Below are positions 1-9,184 of a DNA stretch of 64,000 bases, one piece after another. The position numbers and the translations under genes are program-made. The notes beneath the pieces were generated by a model. It did not search any database. It was not told the DNA's origin and saw nothing but the letters and a program-made list of their open reading frames with translations. Numbering within the stretch: position 1 is the first letter of the stretch; each line of letters begins with the position of its first letter. Source of the DNA: an uncultured Cytophagia bacterium (GTDB lineage: Bacteria > Zhuqueibacterota > Zhuqueibacteria > Thermofontimicrobiales > Thiofontviventaceae); contig CAZCJL010000002.1 of the NCBI GenBank assembly GCA_964498785.1, forward strand, positions 40,919 through 104,918. The letters run 5' to 3'.

Positions 1-6
1 AAAATA

Positions 7-918
7 ATGGCCGGGTACAATCAGACCATTCGTAAAATGCAATTGACTTTGGGAACAAAATTCTGGCATGATCAGTCAACGAATTTTAGTCGTGATTTTG
101 ATTATTTCTTTTTTGAATCTATGTTAACATATCCATTTATGCAATATTTATCCTTAAATCCAGCGCTTGCCATTGAAAGAGTGAGCGATTATGAAAGCAG
201 AGTATCGCCAGGCCTGGAAATTGTATTCACGCCAAGTCCCATAATCGGCGTTTCTGCAAAAGCGAATCGTTATCTGGAACCGTATCGGACATTTAATTAT
301 TGGCAACAAAATCCATATTTACATACATCTGAAAAACATCCAGTGTCTGATGTTGCACTGAATTTGGAACTGAATATGGAATATCAAATTATCCCGAATG
401 TGTCCTTTCGTGCCGGTGTTAGTCATAAGTTGATTTCAGATTACAGCTACTGGCAACGAGATAACATAACGAGTCTTTTCAAGTTAGAGCAGTTCAATGA
501 TGTCGCGCTTTCCAAATTTATAATAGGCTTTGATTACAATATCGCCGATGTTGCATTCCTCAACGCGCAGCTCACCTATTATGACGGCTCAATTGACGAT
601 AACATCAATACGTCTATTCAGAAAGAAATACCGTATCTTGCGAAATATCAGGTTCCGGTAAAGATTCAATTTAATTTGAATAGCACAGCCACATTATCGC
701 TGCAATCGCTGTGGTCGGGTGCTCGCAGGTTTTCTGTGTATACAGATCGTAAGCTTGACAGTTTTATGCTAGTATCAGCAAAAATTGAAAAGACAATGTT
801 CACACATTACGAATTTTACATTGGTAGTGATAATCTTCTCGATGATGAATTTTTGATGTGGGAAAATTATCCGCATATCGGTCTGCAATTTTATTTAGGA
901 ATCAAGGCAAAATGGTAA
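7..918 (+). CDS. Putative outer-membrane beta-barrel protein. It may be 5'-partial, because the frame is open to the window start.
   Basis: 303-aa ORF ending in the aromatic C-terminal residue ...GIKAKW that is typical of OMP barrels. There is no stop between position 1 and the first ATG. The stop overlaps the prmA start (ATGGTAA). Confidence 0.4.
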   Translation: MAGYNQTIRKMQLTLGTKFWHDQSTNFSRDFDYFFFESMLTYPFMQYLSLNPALAIERVSDYESRVSPGLEIVFTPSPIIGVSAKANRYLEPYRTFNYWQQNPYLHTSEKHPVSDVALNLELNMEYQIIPNVSFRAGVSHKLISDYSYWQRDNITSLFKLEQFNDVALSKFIIGFDYNIADVAFLNAQLTYYDGSIDDNINTSIQKEIPYLAKYQVPVKIQFNLNSTATLSLQSLWSGARRFSVYTDRKLDSFMLVSAKIEKTMFTHYEFYIGSDNLLDDEFLMWENYPHIGLQFYLGIKAKW

Positions 919-1778
919 TACCCAAAAACTGGATTGAAATAAAAATCAAGACAAATCCTGACACTGAAGAAATTATCTCAAATTTTTTATTTGAAATAGG
1001 CTGTACTGGTTGTCATAGCGAGGACTATTACGTGAAGGCATATTTCGATGAAACAGCGACATCCATCGAAATTGTGAAAAAACTTAACACATATTTAAAC
1101 GAATTGTCTGAATTGGGATTAGAGGTTTCAGGGCATGATATTGACGTTGAAGTTATTGCCAATTGTGATTGGAACGCTAAGTGGAAAAAAACACTAAAAC
1201 CGATTCATGTCTTCCCGGATGTCATTATAAAGCCATCGTGGGTCGAGTTTACAGCGCGGGAAAATGCACTGGTTATTAAAATGGATCCGCAAATGGCATT
1301 TGGCACAGGAACTCATGCCACTACTCAACTGGTGATGAGATTACTTCGATCCCACGTGATTCAGGCAGAACGGGTATTGGATATCGGAACAGGTTCCGGG
1401 ATTCTTTCTATAATGGCAGTGAAATTATTTAACTGTCAACTGATCGCTTTGGATATTGATCCGATTGCTGTTATGACTGCCAAAGAAAATTTTATCGAAA
1501 ATGGCGTTATCGATTCTATTCAATTATTTACCGGAACGCTGGACAGCTTAAAAGAATTAGAATTTGACGTAATAATGGCAAATATAAACCGTGTAGAAAT
1601 TGAAAAAATTCTTCCTGAGTTTCCGCGCTATATTAGAGCCGGAGGGCTCGTTATTTTGTCCGGTATTTTGGCAGAGGAAGATAAATTAATACAAAAATCA
1701 TTAAACAAATTACGCTTTAAAACGTTAATTAAATCAATTCAGGATGAGTGGTTGGGTTTAGTCCTGGAGATACATTAA
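912..1778 (+). CDS. prmA: Ribosomal protein L11 methyltransferase PrmA
   Basis: SAM-methyltransferase motifs VLDIGTGSGILSI and DPQMAFGTGTHATT are diagnostic of PrmA. The ORF-track start at 858 is a GTG that overlaps the upstream gene. The first ATG is at 912 (MVIPKNW...). Confidence 0.85.
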   Translation: MVIPKNWIEIKIKTNPDTEEIISNFLFEIGCTGCHSEDYYVKAYFDETATSIEIVKKLNTYLNELSELGLEVSGHDIDVEVIANCDWNAKWKKTLKPIHVFPDVIIKPSWVEFTARENALVIKMDPQMAFGTGTHATTQLVMRLLRSHVIQAERVLDIGTGSGILSIMAVKLFNCQLIALDIDPIAVMTAKENFIENGVIDSIQLFTGTLDSLKELEFDVIMANINRVEIEKILPEFPRYIRAGGLVILSGILAEEDKLIQKSLNKLRFKTLIKSIQDEWLGLVLEIH

Positions 1779-1896
1779 ATTCAATTGAATTATCTTGAAA
1801 ATATTTGAAACCTCACAGTGATTATTTGGTGTGATTATCATCGATCGAACATCCAACTCTGCGGCACTACCGAACTTAAATACGATTTAATCAAAG

Positions 1897-2562
1897 ATGA
1901 AAAAAGTAGTAATAATAATTTTCACATTATTGATTGTCACTTCATATCTTTTTGGCGCTGGTCAAAAAGTTTTGGTAGATTCTGTTCAAATTAATAACAA
2001 TTATTTGACTATTGATTTTAGCATTGAAGGTATTATCGATGAAAAAATCGCTGAGGGCTTGATTAAAGGCAGAACACTTACGCTGGAATACAATATTCAA
2101 TTATGGGAGAAAAGTTCGGGATTAATAAATCATTTAAAAATCGAACGTTTTGTTCGAATGAAAGTCAATTTCGATTTTTGGGAAAACAAATTTGTAATTT
2201 ATCAACCAGGAGAAAAACGCTTAACCAGTTCCATCGAAACGGTTCGCGAGAGATGTTCCGAAATCGATGATTTTAATGTCATATCACTGGAAAAATTGAA
2301 ATCAGAGTCCGATTACTTTATCAATATTGAGATTGTATTGAAACCATTGTCTGTAGAAAATTATGAGGAAATTAAGAACTGGTTAAGCGGAGAAGTAAAG
2401 GACATCAGTTTAAAAAGAATGAGTAACCCGGAAGAGCAAGAAAAAGGATTTAAAAATCGAATATTAAGAATTTTTATGGCAATCACTGGATTTGGAGATC
2501 GCGTGATTTCTGGTAAAACTGAAAAATTTGTTATTCAAGGAAATAAAGTTCTGTGGCATTAA
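1897..2562 (+). CDS. Hypothetical secreted protein (signal peptide)
   Basis: 221-aa ORF with an ATG start and an N-terminal hydrophobic signal-like segment (MKKVVIIIFTLLIVTSYLFGAG). I recognise no catalytic motif. Confidence 0.5.
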   Translation: MKKVVIIIFTLLIVTSYLFGAGQKVLVDSVQINNNYLTIDFSIEGIIDEKIAEGLIKGRTLTLEYNIQLWEKSSGLINHLKIERFVRMKVNFDFWENKFVIYQPGEKRLTSSIETVRERCSEIDDFNVISLEKLKSESDYFINIEIVLKPLSVENYEEIKNWLSGEVKDISLKRMSNPEEQEKGFKNRILRIFMAITGFGDRVISGKTEKFVIQGNKVLWH

Positions 2563-2621
2563 ATTTGAATTTAATGTGATATCCAATAATGTAAAATAGT
2601 CCCCCTAACCAGGTCTCTAAA

Positions 2622-3977
2622 ATGGAAATGAATGAAATATGCAAGAATCATCAGGATCGGGAAGCCAAACGCAGATGTTATTATTGTAAATCTCTTATTT
2701 GTACTGAATGTCAACTTCAAAAGCTGCACCACATTTATTGCGGTTGGAAATGTTTTTTTATGGATGTTGTAACGAATGTCGTTAGCAAAACGTTACGCCA
2801 CTTTCGGGTCTGGCGCCGCTTTTTCAGACGAAAAAAAATATTTTCTTCGCGAAATTTGATCGATCTGTTCTTAGTAGTGATCATTATTTATAATGTCATT
2901 TTAATGCATGGTAATCGACGTCAGATAAAACAACTGTTACAATTACATGAAAGGGCGCCTGCCGATACCACGCTAACAGAACATGCAGAACAGATTGATA
3001 CCCTTACGGTATTTCCCGTGCCACAGGCCTCCATGATTGTACGAAACCGTTTTGATATTGAAGGTGAAACCGAGGATAATCGCGTTGTTACCCTTTCAGC
3101 AAACGGTAAAATGCAGCAAGCAATATTGGCGAAGGGAAGAAAATTCGCGTTTAAAGACGTTGTTGTAAAAAACGGACAGAATCATTTTGTAATCCGTTCG
3201 ATAAATGAAGATGGCAGCAGCGTGATTTTGGAGGAGGTTCATTTTAAATATGGCAAACCAACTCCATCGTATTTAGCTCGTGATTTTTCCCGGGGAAATG
3301 TTGATAAAATGAAAATTGCATTAACGTTCGATGGTGGATATCTGGATAATGCCGCGCATGAAATCCTGGATATCCTGAAACAGGAAAATGTAAAAGCAAC
3401 GTTATTTTTGACCGGAATATTTATCCGCAAATATCCTGAACTTGTCAGACGAATGGCAGATGAAGGCCATGTCATTGGAAATCATTCATGGACTCACCCG
3501 CATTTAACAACGTATGCTCAAAATAGAAAACATCAGACACTTGCTCACATTACTGCTGAAATTGTTCAACAGGAATTATTGCGGACAGCAGAATTATACA
3601 AGCGAGTTACCGGCCAAAAAATCGATCCGTTATGGCGCGCTCCTTATGGAGAGCATAATCAGGAAATTCGACAGTGGGCGGCGGAAGTTGGATTTCGTCA
3701 TATTGGATGGACTGTTGGAAAAAATAGCGGGGAACACATGGATTCTATGGACTGGGTCGCAGATAAGCATTCTCCTGCATATCATACTGCAGATGAAATC
3801 GCTGAAAAAATATTGTCATTTGGTGCAGAATCAAGTACCCGCGCAAATGGGTCAATTATTTTGATGCATTTAGGATCAGAACGAAGTGATGATTATCCAC
3901 ATTTAAAACTACCCATGATTATTGATCAATTTAAGAAAAGAGGGTATGAAATAGCAACCATCCCGGAAATGTTATAA
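2622..3977 (+). CDS. Polysaccharide deacetylase (NodB/CE4 domain) with an N-terminal Cys/His zinc-ribbon and one TM segment
   Basis: C-terminal NodB motifs TFDGGY and HSWTHPHL. The N-terminus has the Cys/His cluster CKNH...CYYCKSLICTECQ...HHIYCGWKC, followed by a hydrophobic helix LIDLFLVVIIIYNVILM. Confidence 0.75.
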   Translation: MEMNEICKNHQDREAKRRCYYCKSLICTECQLQKLHHIYCGWKCFFMDVVTNVVSKTLRHFRVWRRFFRRKKIFSSRNLIDLFLVVIIIYNVILMHGNRRQIKQLLQLHERAPADTTLTEHAEQIDTLTVFPVPQASMIVRNRFDIEGETEDNRVVTLSANGKMQQAILAKGRKFAFKDVVVKNGQNHFVIRSINEDGSSVILEEVHFKYGKPTPSYLARDFSRGNVDKMKIALTFDGGYLDNAAHEILDILKQENVKATLFLTGIFIRKYPELVRRMADEGHVIGNHSWTHPHLTTYAQNRKHQTLAHITAEIVQQELLRTAELYKRVTGQKIDPLWRAPYGEHNQEIRQWAAEVGFRHIGWTVGKNSGEHMDSMDWVADKHSPAYHTADEIAEKILSFGAESSTRANGSIILMHLGSERSDDYPHLKLPMIIDQFKKRGYEIATIPEML

Positions 3978-3984
3978 AAAAAAA

Positions 3985-4010
3985 CAGAGGCGCTAACGCC
4001 TCTGTTTTTT
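3985..4010. terminator. Bidirectional rho-independent terminator
   Basis: Hairpin cagaggcg-ctaa-cgcctctg flanked by an A9 run on the 5' side and a T6 run on the 3' side. It would terminate the + gene ending at 3977 and the convergent small minus-strand ORF. Confidence 0.7.
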
Positions 4011-4112
4011 CGCTCCTCTGCCCAAAGGAGCCCATTAAAGAGATTAAGTAAGGAGGATAACTCACCATTGAGAAAAGTACACAATAGGAGATTGATATGT
4101 AAAGAACGACTT

Positions 4113-4298
4113 TTAATTCATTTGATAATTATTTTCGTAAATTACTTCTTTCCAATCTTTTTGTATGAAAATTTGATTATTGCCGGATTCTTCAAACTTT
4201 GAATTATTTGCAACTGTTGAATCGTGATTCAGTAATTTTAGCATGGTACTTAATTTTTCAACGTTTGTTAAATATCTGCAATTGCCATAAACTATCAT
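4113..4298 (-). CDS. Small hypothetical protein (61 aa)
   Basis: Internal ATG (MIVYGNCRYL...) preceded by a strong SD GGGAGGA at the correct spacing. The gene is convergent on the bidirectional terminator at 3985-4010. Its leader contains an SD-like/anti-SD-like hairpin (see findings). Confidence 0.3.
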   Translation of the reverse strand: MIVYGNCRYLTNVEKLSTMLKLLNHDSTVANNSKFEESGNNQIFIQKDWKEVIYENNYQMN

Positions 4299-4654
4299 AA
4301 TCCGTCCTCCCAATACGTTGAGAGAGAAGGCATTTACGCTGCGAATTATATTGTTAATGTTTTGACCACTGAAATGCCTCCTCCCTCAAATAGAACTAAA
4401 TGAGACTTTGAATCGTACACCTTAATGTGAGGTTTGCTGCGACTGGCTTACTCTAATGCAATATCCAGACCAATTTTTTTAAGAGCATGTAATAATAATT
4501 ATAACTATCAAAATAACAATAATTAATTAAGTTATGATGACGTAACATTGTGTTGGTATATAACCGAATTTCACTGGGATTTATGGTTTTCTTTCTATAG
4601 AAAATTAACCATACTATTGAATGGTAAACAGAGATTGAAATGGATTAAAAGAAA

Positions 4655-4683
4655 TTGACATTTACTTAATTAATTGCTATATT
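4655..4683 (+). promoter_or_regulatory. Candidate sigma-70 promoter (TTGACA-17 nt-TATATT) for the downstream large OMP gene
   Basis: TTGACA at 4655-4660, a 17-nt spacer and TATATT at 4678-4683. The gene start at 4749 is preceded by SD AAGGAG. Confidence 0.4.
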
Positions 4684-4748
4684 ATTTTACAATTATTGCC
4701 GATGAGTAATAAAAAGCTAACTTCTTTTAGCGTTTCAAGGAGATGATA

Positions 4749-7700
4749 ATGGCAAAGTTTAAATTTTTTATTGTTGTAATAATTTTTCTTTTTCCTGCTC
4801 TGGCTAACTCCCAGTATTTTGGAAAAAATAAAGTACAATATCAAAACTTTGAATGGAAATATATTCAATCCGAGCATTTTGATATATATTTTACAGAGGG
4901 TGGAGAAGATATCGCAACTTTTGTTGCTGAGATTTCAGAGGCGAGCTATAAAAGACTAAAAGCGAGTTTCCGTTTTGAATTGGTAGACAGGATTACAATT
5001 ATTGCTTATAATAGCCACAATGATTTTGGTCAGACAAATGTTTCGTTAGCGCCACCGGAAGAGTCTGTTGGGGGATTTACCGAATTTTTTAAAAACAGGG
5101 TGGTTCTCCCGTTTGACGGTAACTGGGAGCAATTCAGGCATGTAATCCACCACGAGTTAACTCATGCTGTTATGTTGCAGATGTTATATGGCGCAGGCGT
5201 TCATTCAATCATTAGCGGAATGTCCCGATTGCGTTTACCGCTATGGATGATTGAAGGACTCGCAGAATTTGAAAGCAGGGAATGGGATACGGAAAGTGAT
5301 ATGTATTTACGCGATGCTGCATTAAATACGTATGTTCCGGATGTCGATATGCTTTATGGTTTTATGGCTTACAAGGGAGGGCAGTCTGTTCTTTACTATC
5401 TCGCTGAAAAATACGGTAAGGAAAAAATCGGTGAACTACTTGGGAAGGTTAAAGTAACCAAAAATGTTGATAAAGGGTTTAAGCAGGCAATTGGCACAGG
5501 GATAAAGGATCTAACCAGTAAGTGGCATCTTTATTTAAAAAGAGAATACTGGCCGGATATTGCAGATCGAAAAGAACCTGGTGAATTTGCAAGGAAAATG
5601 ACAGATCATATTAAAGAACGAAATTTTGTGAACAGTGGTCCTGCGCTTTCTCCAAAAGGAGATAAAATGGTATTTTTATCGGATCGGGATGATTATTTTG
5701 ATATCTTCCTGATGAGTGCAATCGATGGGAAAATAATATCCAAACTTGTAAATGGAGAACGGTCCGGAAATTTGGAAGAATTAAAATGGTTGCGGGCCGG
5801 CATCAGTTGGTCACCCGATAGTAAGAAGATTGTGTTTGCAGCGAAAGCCGGTGATCGTGATGCCCTCCATATTTACAATGTAAAAAACAAAGGTCTGGTG
5901 AAAACAATAAAACTAAACCTTGATGGTATTTTTAGCCCGGCATGGTCGCCAAAAGGAGATGAAATTGCATTTATGGGAACCAAAAACGGACAGGGCGATA
6001 TTTATGCATACAGTTTAAAAACCAAAACATTGCGCCAAATTACCAATGATGTTTTTAGCGATCTTGAACCTGCCTGGTCACCCGATGGCGAACGCTTAAC
6101 ATTTATAAGCGATAGAGGAGCCTACCTGTTACCTGATGATTTACCCGAAAATTTCCAAATCTATTACTCTGATTTTTATAATTACGATGTATATATTATC
6201 CAACAAGATGGCTCTGGTATTCAACGCATTACAAAAACAAAAGGAAACGAACAGTCGCCTGTTTTTTCACCCGATGGTGCCAGGCTGGCCTATACCAGTG
6301 ACAGAACCGGGATTTACAATATCTATATAAACAATTTGGAAACCGGCGTGGAATATCCGATCACAAATGTACTTACTGGAATATTTCACATTTCATGGGA
6401 AGGCGATAATGACAAAATGGCGTTTGCATCATTCTATAAAGGTGGCTATGATATTTATCTTATGAAAAATCCATTGAAAATTGCGCCGGGTGATGTTAAG
6501 GTGCAACCGACAAATTTTGTTTCCCAGAATGGCAAGGATGCATTTCGTGATGAAAGCTTTTACGCGTTTAATACATCTTATAAGTTTTCGGATGAGACTT
6601 CTGATAATCAATATAAAAATTATATATTTGGCGAGGATTTTAAAGAAGGGGGTGTTGATGTAACAGAACATACTGAAAATACTTTTCTGGATTCAACAGA
6701 ATTTAAACTTGCTTCCGGGGAATATAAAATTCATAATTATAAAATAAAGTTTTCTCCGGATATTATTTATGGAAACGCCAGTTACAGTCAATTTTTCGGA
6801 ATGCAGGGCTCCACGCAAATTGCCCTCTCCGATGTTCTCGGAAATCACAGGATCAATTTATATACAAATTTATTCTATGATCTAAGAAATTCTAACTTTC
6901 AAGCGTCATATTATTATTTGCCAAGACAAACAGATTTTGGTTTTGGCGGATTTCATTACGCCTATTTTTTTAGCACGTATTCCGGTTGGGTCAGAGATCG
7001 CAATTATGGTTTTATGGGATATGTTTCCCGTCCGTTTTCCAAATATACCCGAGTGGATCTCGGACTTACATGGTTGGCAATTGATCGGGAGTATATTCAG
7101 ACCCAGTTTGGTGTTGAAAAGAAACGGAACATGCTTCTTAATTTATCTTGGGTGAACGACACTGTTGCATGGGGGTGGGGATTTACCGGCCCTGTTAACG
7201 GAACCCGTTCTTTGCTGGGAGTGCTTTATTCTCCGGGATATAGCGATTATAGTCTGGATTTTGGCACATTCCGGGGAGATTACCGAAAATATACCCGTAT
7301 CGGAAATGATTATAATTTCGTGTTTCGGTTGTCAGGTGGTGTGAGCGTCGGACAGCAGCCACAGAAATTTTTTCTGGGTGGAACATCCATGTGGTTGAAT
7401 TATAATAGCAGATATGGTAATTTGTTGGTTGATGATATTGATGATATTTATTTTAGTTCGTTTGAAATGCCGATGCGCGGCGGATTATATTATGAGCGAG
7501 TCGGAAACAGATTTTTCCTGACAAATGTCGAATTCAGATTCCCGCTTATCAGATACTTTTTGATGGGCTGGCCTCTCCCGATCGGATTGCAAAATGTACG
7601 CGGCGCTTTATTCGTCGATACCGGCAGTGCCTGGAATTATTCTGATTTTAAAGCGTTTGATAAAACTGATGCCGGATGGCCTAAATTGAATGATATCTTT

Positions 7701-7832
7701 ATGGGATATGGCGTCGGAATGCGCTTAAACATGGGCTTTTTTATCCTCCGGTTTGATGCTGCCTGGTCTACTGACTGGGTCGATAGCTCTGCAAAACCGG
7801 TTTACTATTTCTCAATCGGTCCTGAATTTTAA
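4749..7832 (+). CDS. Multi-domain outer-membrane protein: N-terminal HEXXH (peptidase-MA-like) domain, TolB/PD40 beta-propeller repeats and a C-terminal Omp85/BamA-family beta-barrel
   Basis: Signal peptide, then an HHELTHAV zinc-metallopeptidase-like motif. Repeated PD40 motifs follow (SPKGDKMVFLSDRD, SWSPDSKKIVFAA, PAWSPKGDEIAF, PAWSPDGERLTFISDR, PVFSPDGARLAYTSDR). The C-terminal barrel has Omp85-like motifs (GALFVDTGSAW, GYGVGMRLN...FILRFDAAW) and ends in F. I prefer the ATG at 4749 because SD AAGGAG at 4737-4742 then has 6-nt spacing. Confidence 0.7.
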   Translation: MAKFKFFIVVIIFLFPALANSQYFGKNKVQYQNFEWKYIQSEHFDIYFTEGGEDIATFVAEISEASYKRLKASFRFELVDRITIIAYNSHNDFGQTNVSLAPPEESVGGFTEFFKNRVVLPFDGNWEQFRHVIHHELTHAVMLQMLYGAGVHSIISGMSRLRLPLWMIEGLAEFESREWDTESDMYLRDAALNTYVPDVDMLYGFMAYKGGQSVLYYLAEKYGKEKIGELLGKVKVTKNVDKGFKQAIGTGIKDLTSKWHLYLKREYWPDIADRKEPGEFARKMTDHIKERNFVNSGPALSPKGDKMVFLSDRDDYFDIFLMSAIDGKIISKLVNGERSGNLEELKWLRAGISWSPDSKKIVFAAKAGDRDALHIYNVKNKGLVKTIKLNLDGIFSPAWSPKGDEIAFMGTKNGQGDIYAYSLKTKTLRQITNDVFSDLEPAWSPDGERLTFISDRGAYLLPDDLPENFQIYYSDFYNYDVYIIQQDGSGIQRITKTKGNEQSPVFSPDGARLAYTSDRTGIYNIYINNLETGVEYPITNVLTGIFHISWEGDNDKMAFASFYKGGYDIYLMKNPLKIAPGDVKVQPTNFVSQNGKDAFRDESFYAFNTSYKFSDETSDNQYKNYIFGEDFKEGGVDVTEHTENTFLDSTEFKLASGEYKIHNYKIKFSPDIIYGNASYSQFFGMQGSTQIALSDVLGNHRINLYTNLFYDLRNSNFQASYYYLPRQTDFGFGGFHYAYFFSTYSGWVRDRNYGFMGYVSRPFSKYTRVDLGLTWLAIDREYIQTQFGVEKKRNMLLNLSWVNDTVAWGWGFTGPVNGTRSLLGVLYSPGYSDYSLDFGTFRGDYRKYTRIGNDYNFVFRLSGGVSVGQQPQKFFLGGTSMWLNYNSRYGNLLVDDIDDIYFSSFEMPMRGGLYYERVGNRFFLTNVEFRFPLIRYFLMGWPLPIGLQNVRGALFVDTGSAWNYSDFKAFDKTDAGWPKLNDIFMGYGVGMRLNMGFFILRFDAAWSTDWVDSSAKPVYYFSIGPEF

Positions 7833-7861
7833 TGTATTAAATGTGTTTTTATTGAATAGGA

Positions 7862-9148
7862 ATGATAATGAATAGAAAAGATAAGATCATGCGGCTAATT
7901 CTCGTTGCTTTAATTGGTTTAGTCATCCAGTCGATAGCCGATGATAATATTTATACGCCAGCCGACTCATTTTTCGGCCCTCCTGTTTTTGTTTATGATA
8001 TTCATAATTATCTGTCAAAAACAGATCGCGAGCTTAATCGCATTGTTATACATGTTGGCTTTTGTAATGATATTTTACAATTCATTAAAACCAGTAATGT
8101 AAATTTTAATGCCCTCTATGAGCTATCTGTTTCGGTTTTTGATAAAAAAGGGAATCATATTAGCAGTAACACATTTACAAATGAAGTAATTGTGCAATCT
8201 TTTGCAGAGACAAATCTGCGGCGATTATCGAACCGAGTTGCGCATGAAGTTGAACTTGTTGCCGGTGAGTATAAAATTGTGATAAGTTTAACTGATATTG
8301 ATACAAAAAAAACGTTGCGTCGACAAAAAATAATGAAAACACCGGAATACACATTCGATAAAATCAATGTGAGCGATGTTGTTTTTGCTCCCAATCTCAA
8401 TAAAGAAACAACTACAGATACAATAATCACTCCGAATCTTAGTCGTAATTTTAATGAACCTGATTCTGAATTCGGAGCCTACTTTGAAATATATCCGTTT
8501 TCACTAAATGATTCGATTATTGTGAAGTATGAAATAGTGGACGATGTGAATGAAGTCGTATTTAGCGCCCGGGATGCATTTATCCCACAATCGATGGCGC
8601 TTCCATACATAATTCATTTAAGTGATCGGATGAAACAAGCGGGACGTTTTAAATTAAATATCAATGTCACGCAAAAAGAAACCTCAATGGAAAGATCTGA
8701 AAAATTTTCAACAGCATGGCGGCATGTCAAGCCTGACAAACTCGATGTCCGGCAGGCAATTAAACCGCTCAAAAATTATGTTTCAAATAAGGATTGGAAA
8801 TGGCTGCAAGATGCCAGTGTCGATGAAAAAGAAAAATGGTTTGATAACTACTGGGACAAGCGGGATCCCACCCCTGAATCTGACAGAAATCAACTTATGG
8901 ACGAATTTTATGAACGTGTGGAATTCGCTAATTATTATTTTACCATCAATGCGTTGGATAAAGACGGTTGGGATACTGACCGCGGCAAGGTATATGTTAA
9001 ATATGGTCAGCCCACGTCAGTGGACAGGCATGTGCAGGAATTAAATGTGCCGCCATACGAAATATGGTTTTACTCTAACATTGACAGACGTTTTATGTTT
9101 GAAGATCGATCGGGGTTTGGTGATTATACATTGGTTAAAATTGAGTGA
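7862..9148 (+). CDS. GWxTD domain-containing secreted protein
   Basis: Signal peptide, plus a C-terminal GWDTDRGKVYVKYGQP motif that matches the GWxTD signature. Confidence 0.65.
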   Translation: MIMNRKDKIMRLILVALIGLVIQSIADDNIYTPADSFFGPPVFVYDIHNYLSKTDRELNRIVIHVGFCNDILQFIKTSNVNFNALYELSVSVFDKKGNHISSNTFTNEVIVQSFAETNLRRLSNRVAHEVELVAGEYKIVISLTDIDTKKTLRRQKIMKTPEYTFDKINVSDVVFAPNLNKETTTDTIITPNLSRNFNEPDSEFGAYFEIYPFSLNDSIIVKYEIVDDVNEVVFSARDAFIPQSMALPYIIHLSDRMKQAGRFKLNINVTQKETSMERSEKFSTAWRHVKPDKLDVRQAIKPLKNYVSNKDWKWLQDASVDEKEKWFDNYWDKRDPTPESDRNQLMDEFYERVEFANYYFTINALDKDGWDTDRGKVYVKYGQPTSVDRHVQELNVPPYEIWFYSNIDRRFMFEDRSGFGDYTLVKIE

Positions 9149-9184
9149 TTTTATAAAAAGATAGCGCTTTATCTATTCGTGATC

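Noticed and set aside
858-911. GTG start at 858 for prmA, with similar TTG/GTG-initiated extensions at 9185-11761, 22011-24215, 24746-26230, 48107-48958, 52533 and 28583
   Set aside because: In each case the first in-frame ATG lies a few codons downstream and gives a canonical N-terminus (signal peptide, or a domain start with an SD). The extensions overlap upstream genes or promoter elements.
4447-4465. TGGC...TGCA strings as sigma-54 promoters upstream of + strand genes (4447 and 56925)
   Set aside because: The GG-to-GC spacing is 11 nt rather than the obligatory 10.
9149-9184. Bidirectional terminator between the convergent GWxTD and lamin-tail-domain genes
   Set aside because: Only a 5-bp AT-rich inverted repeat (agata/tatct) with no flanking U-runs. 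This is too weak to call.
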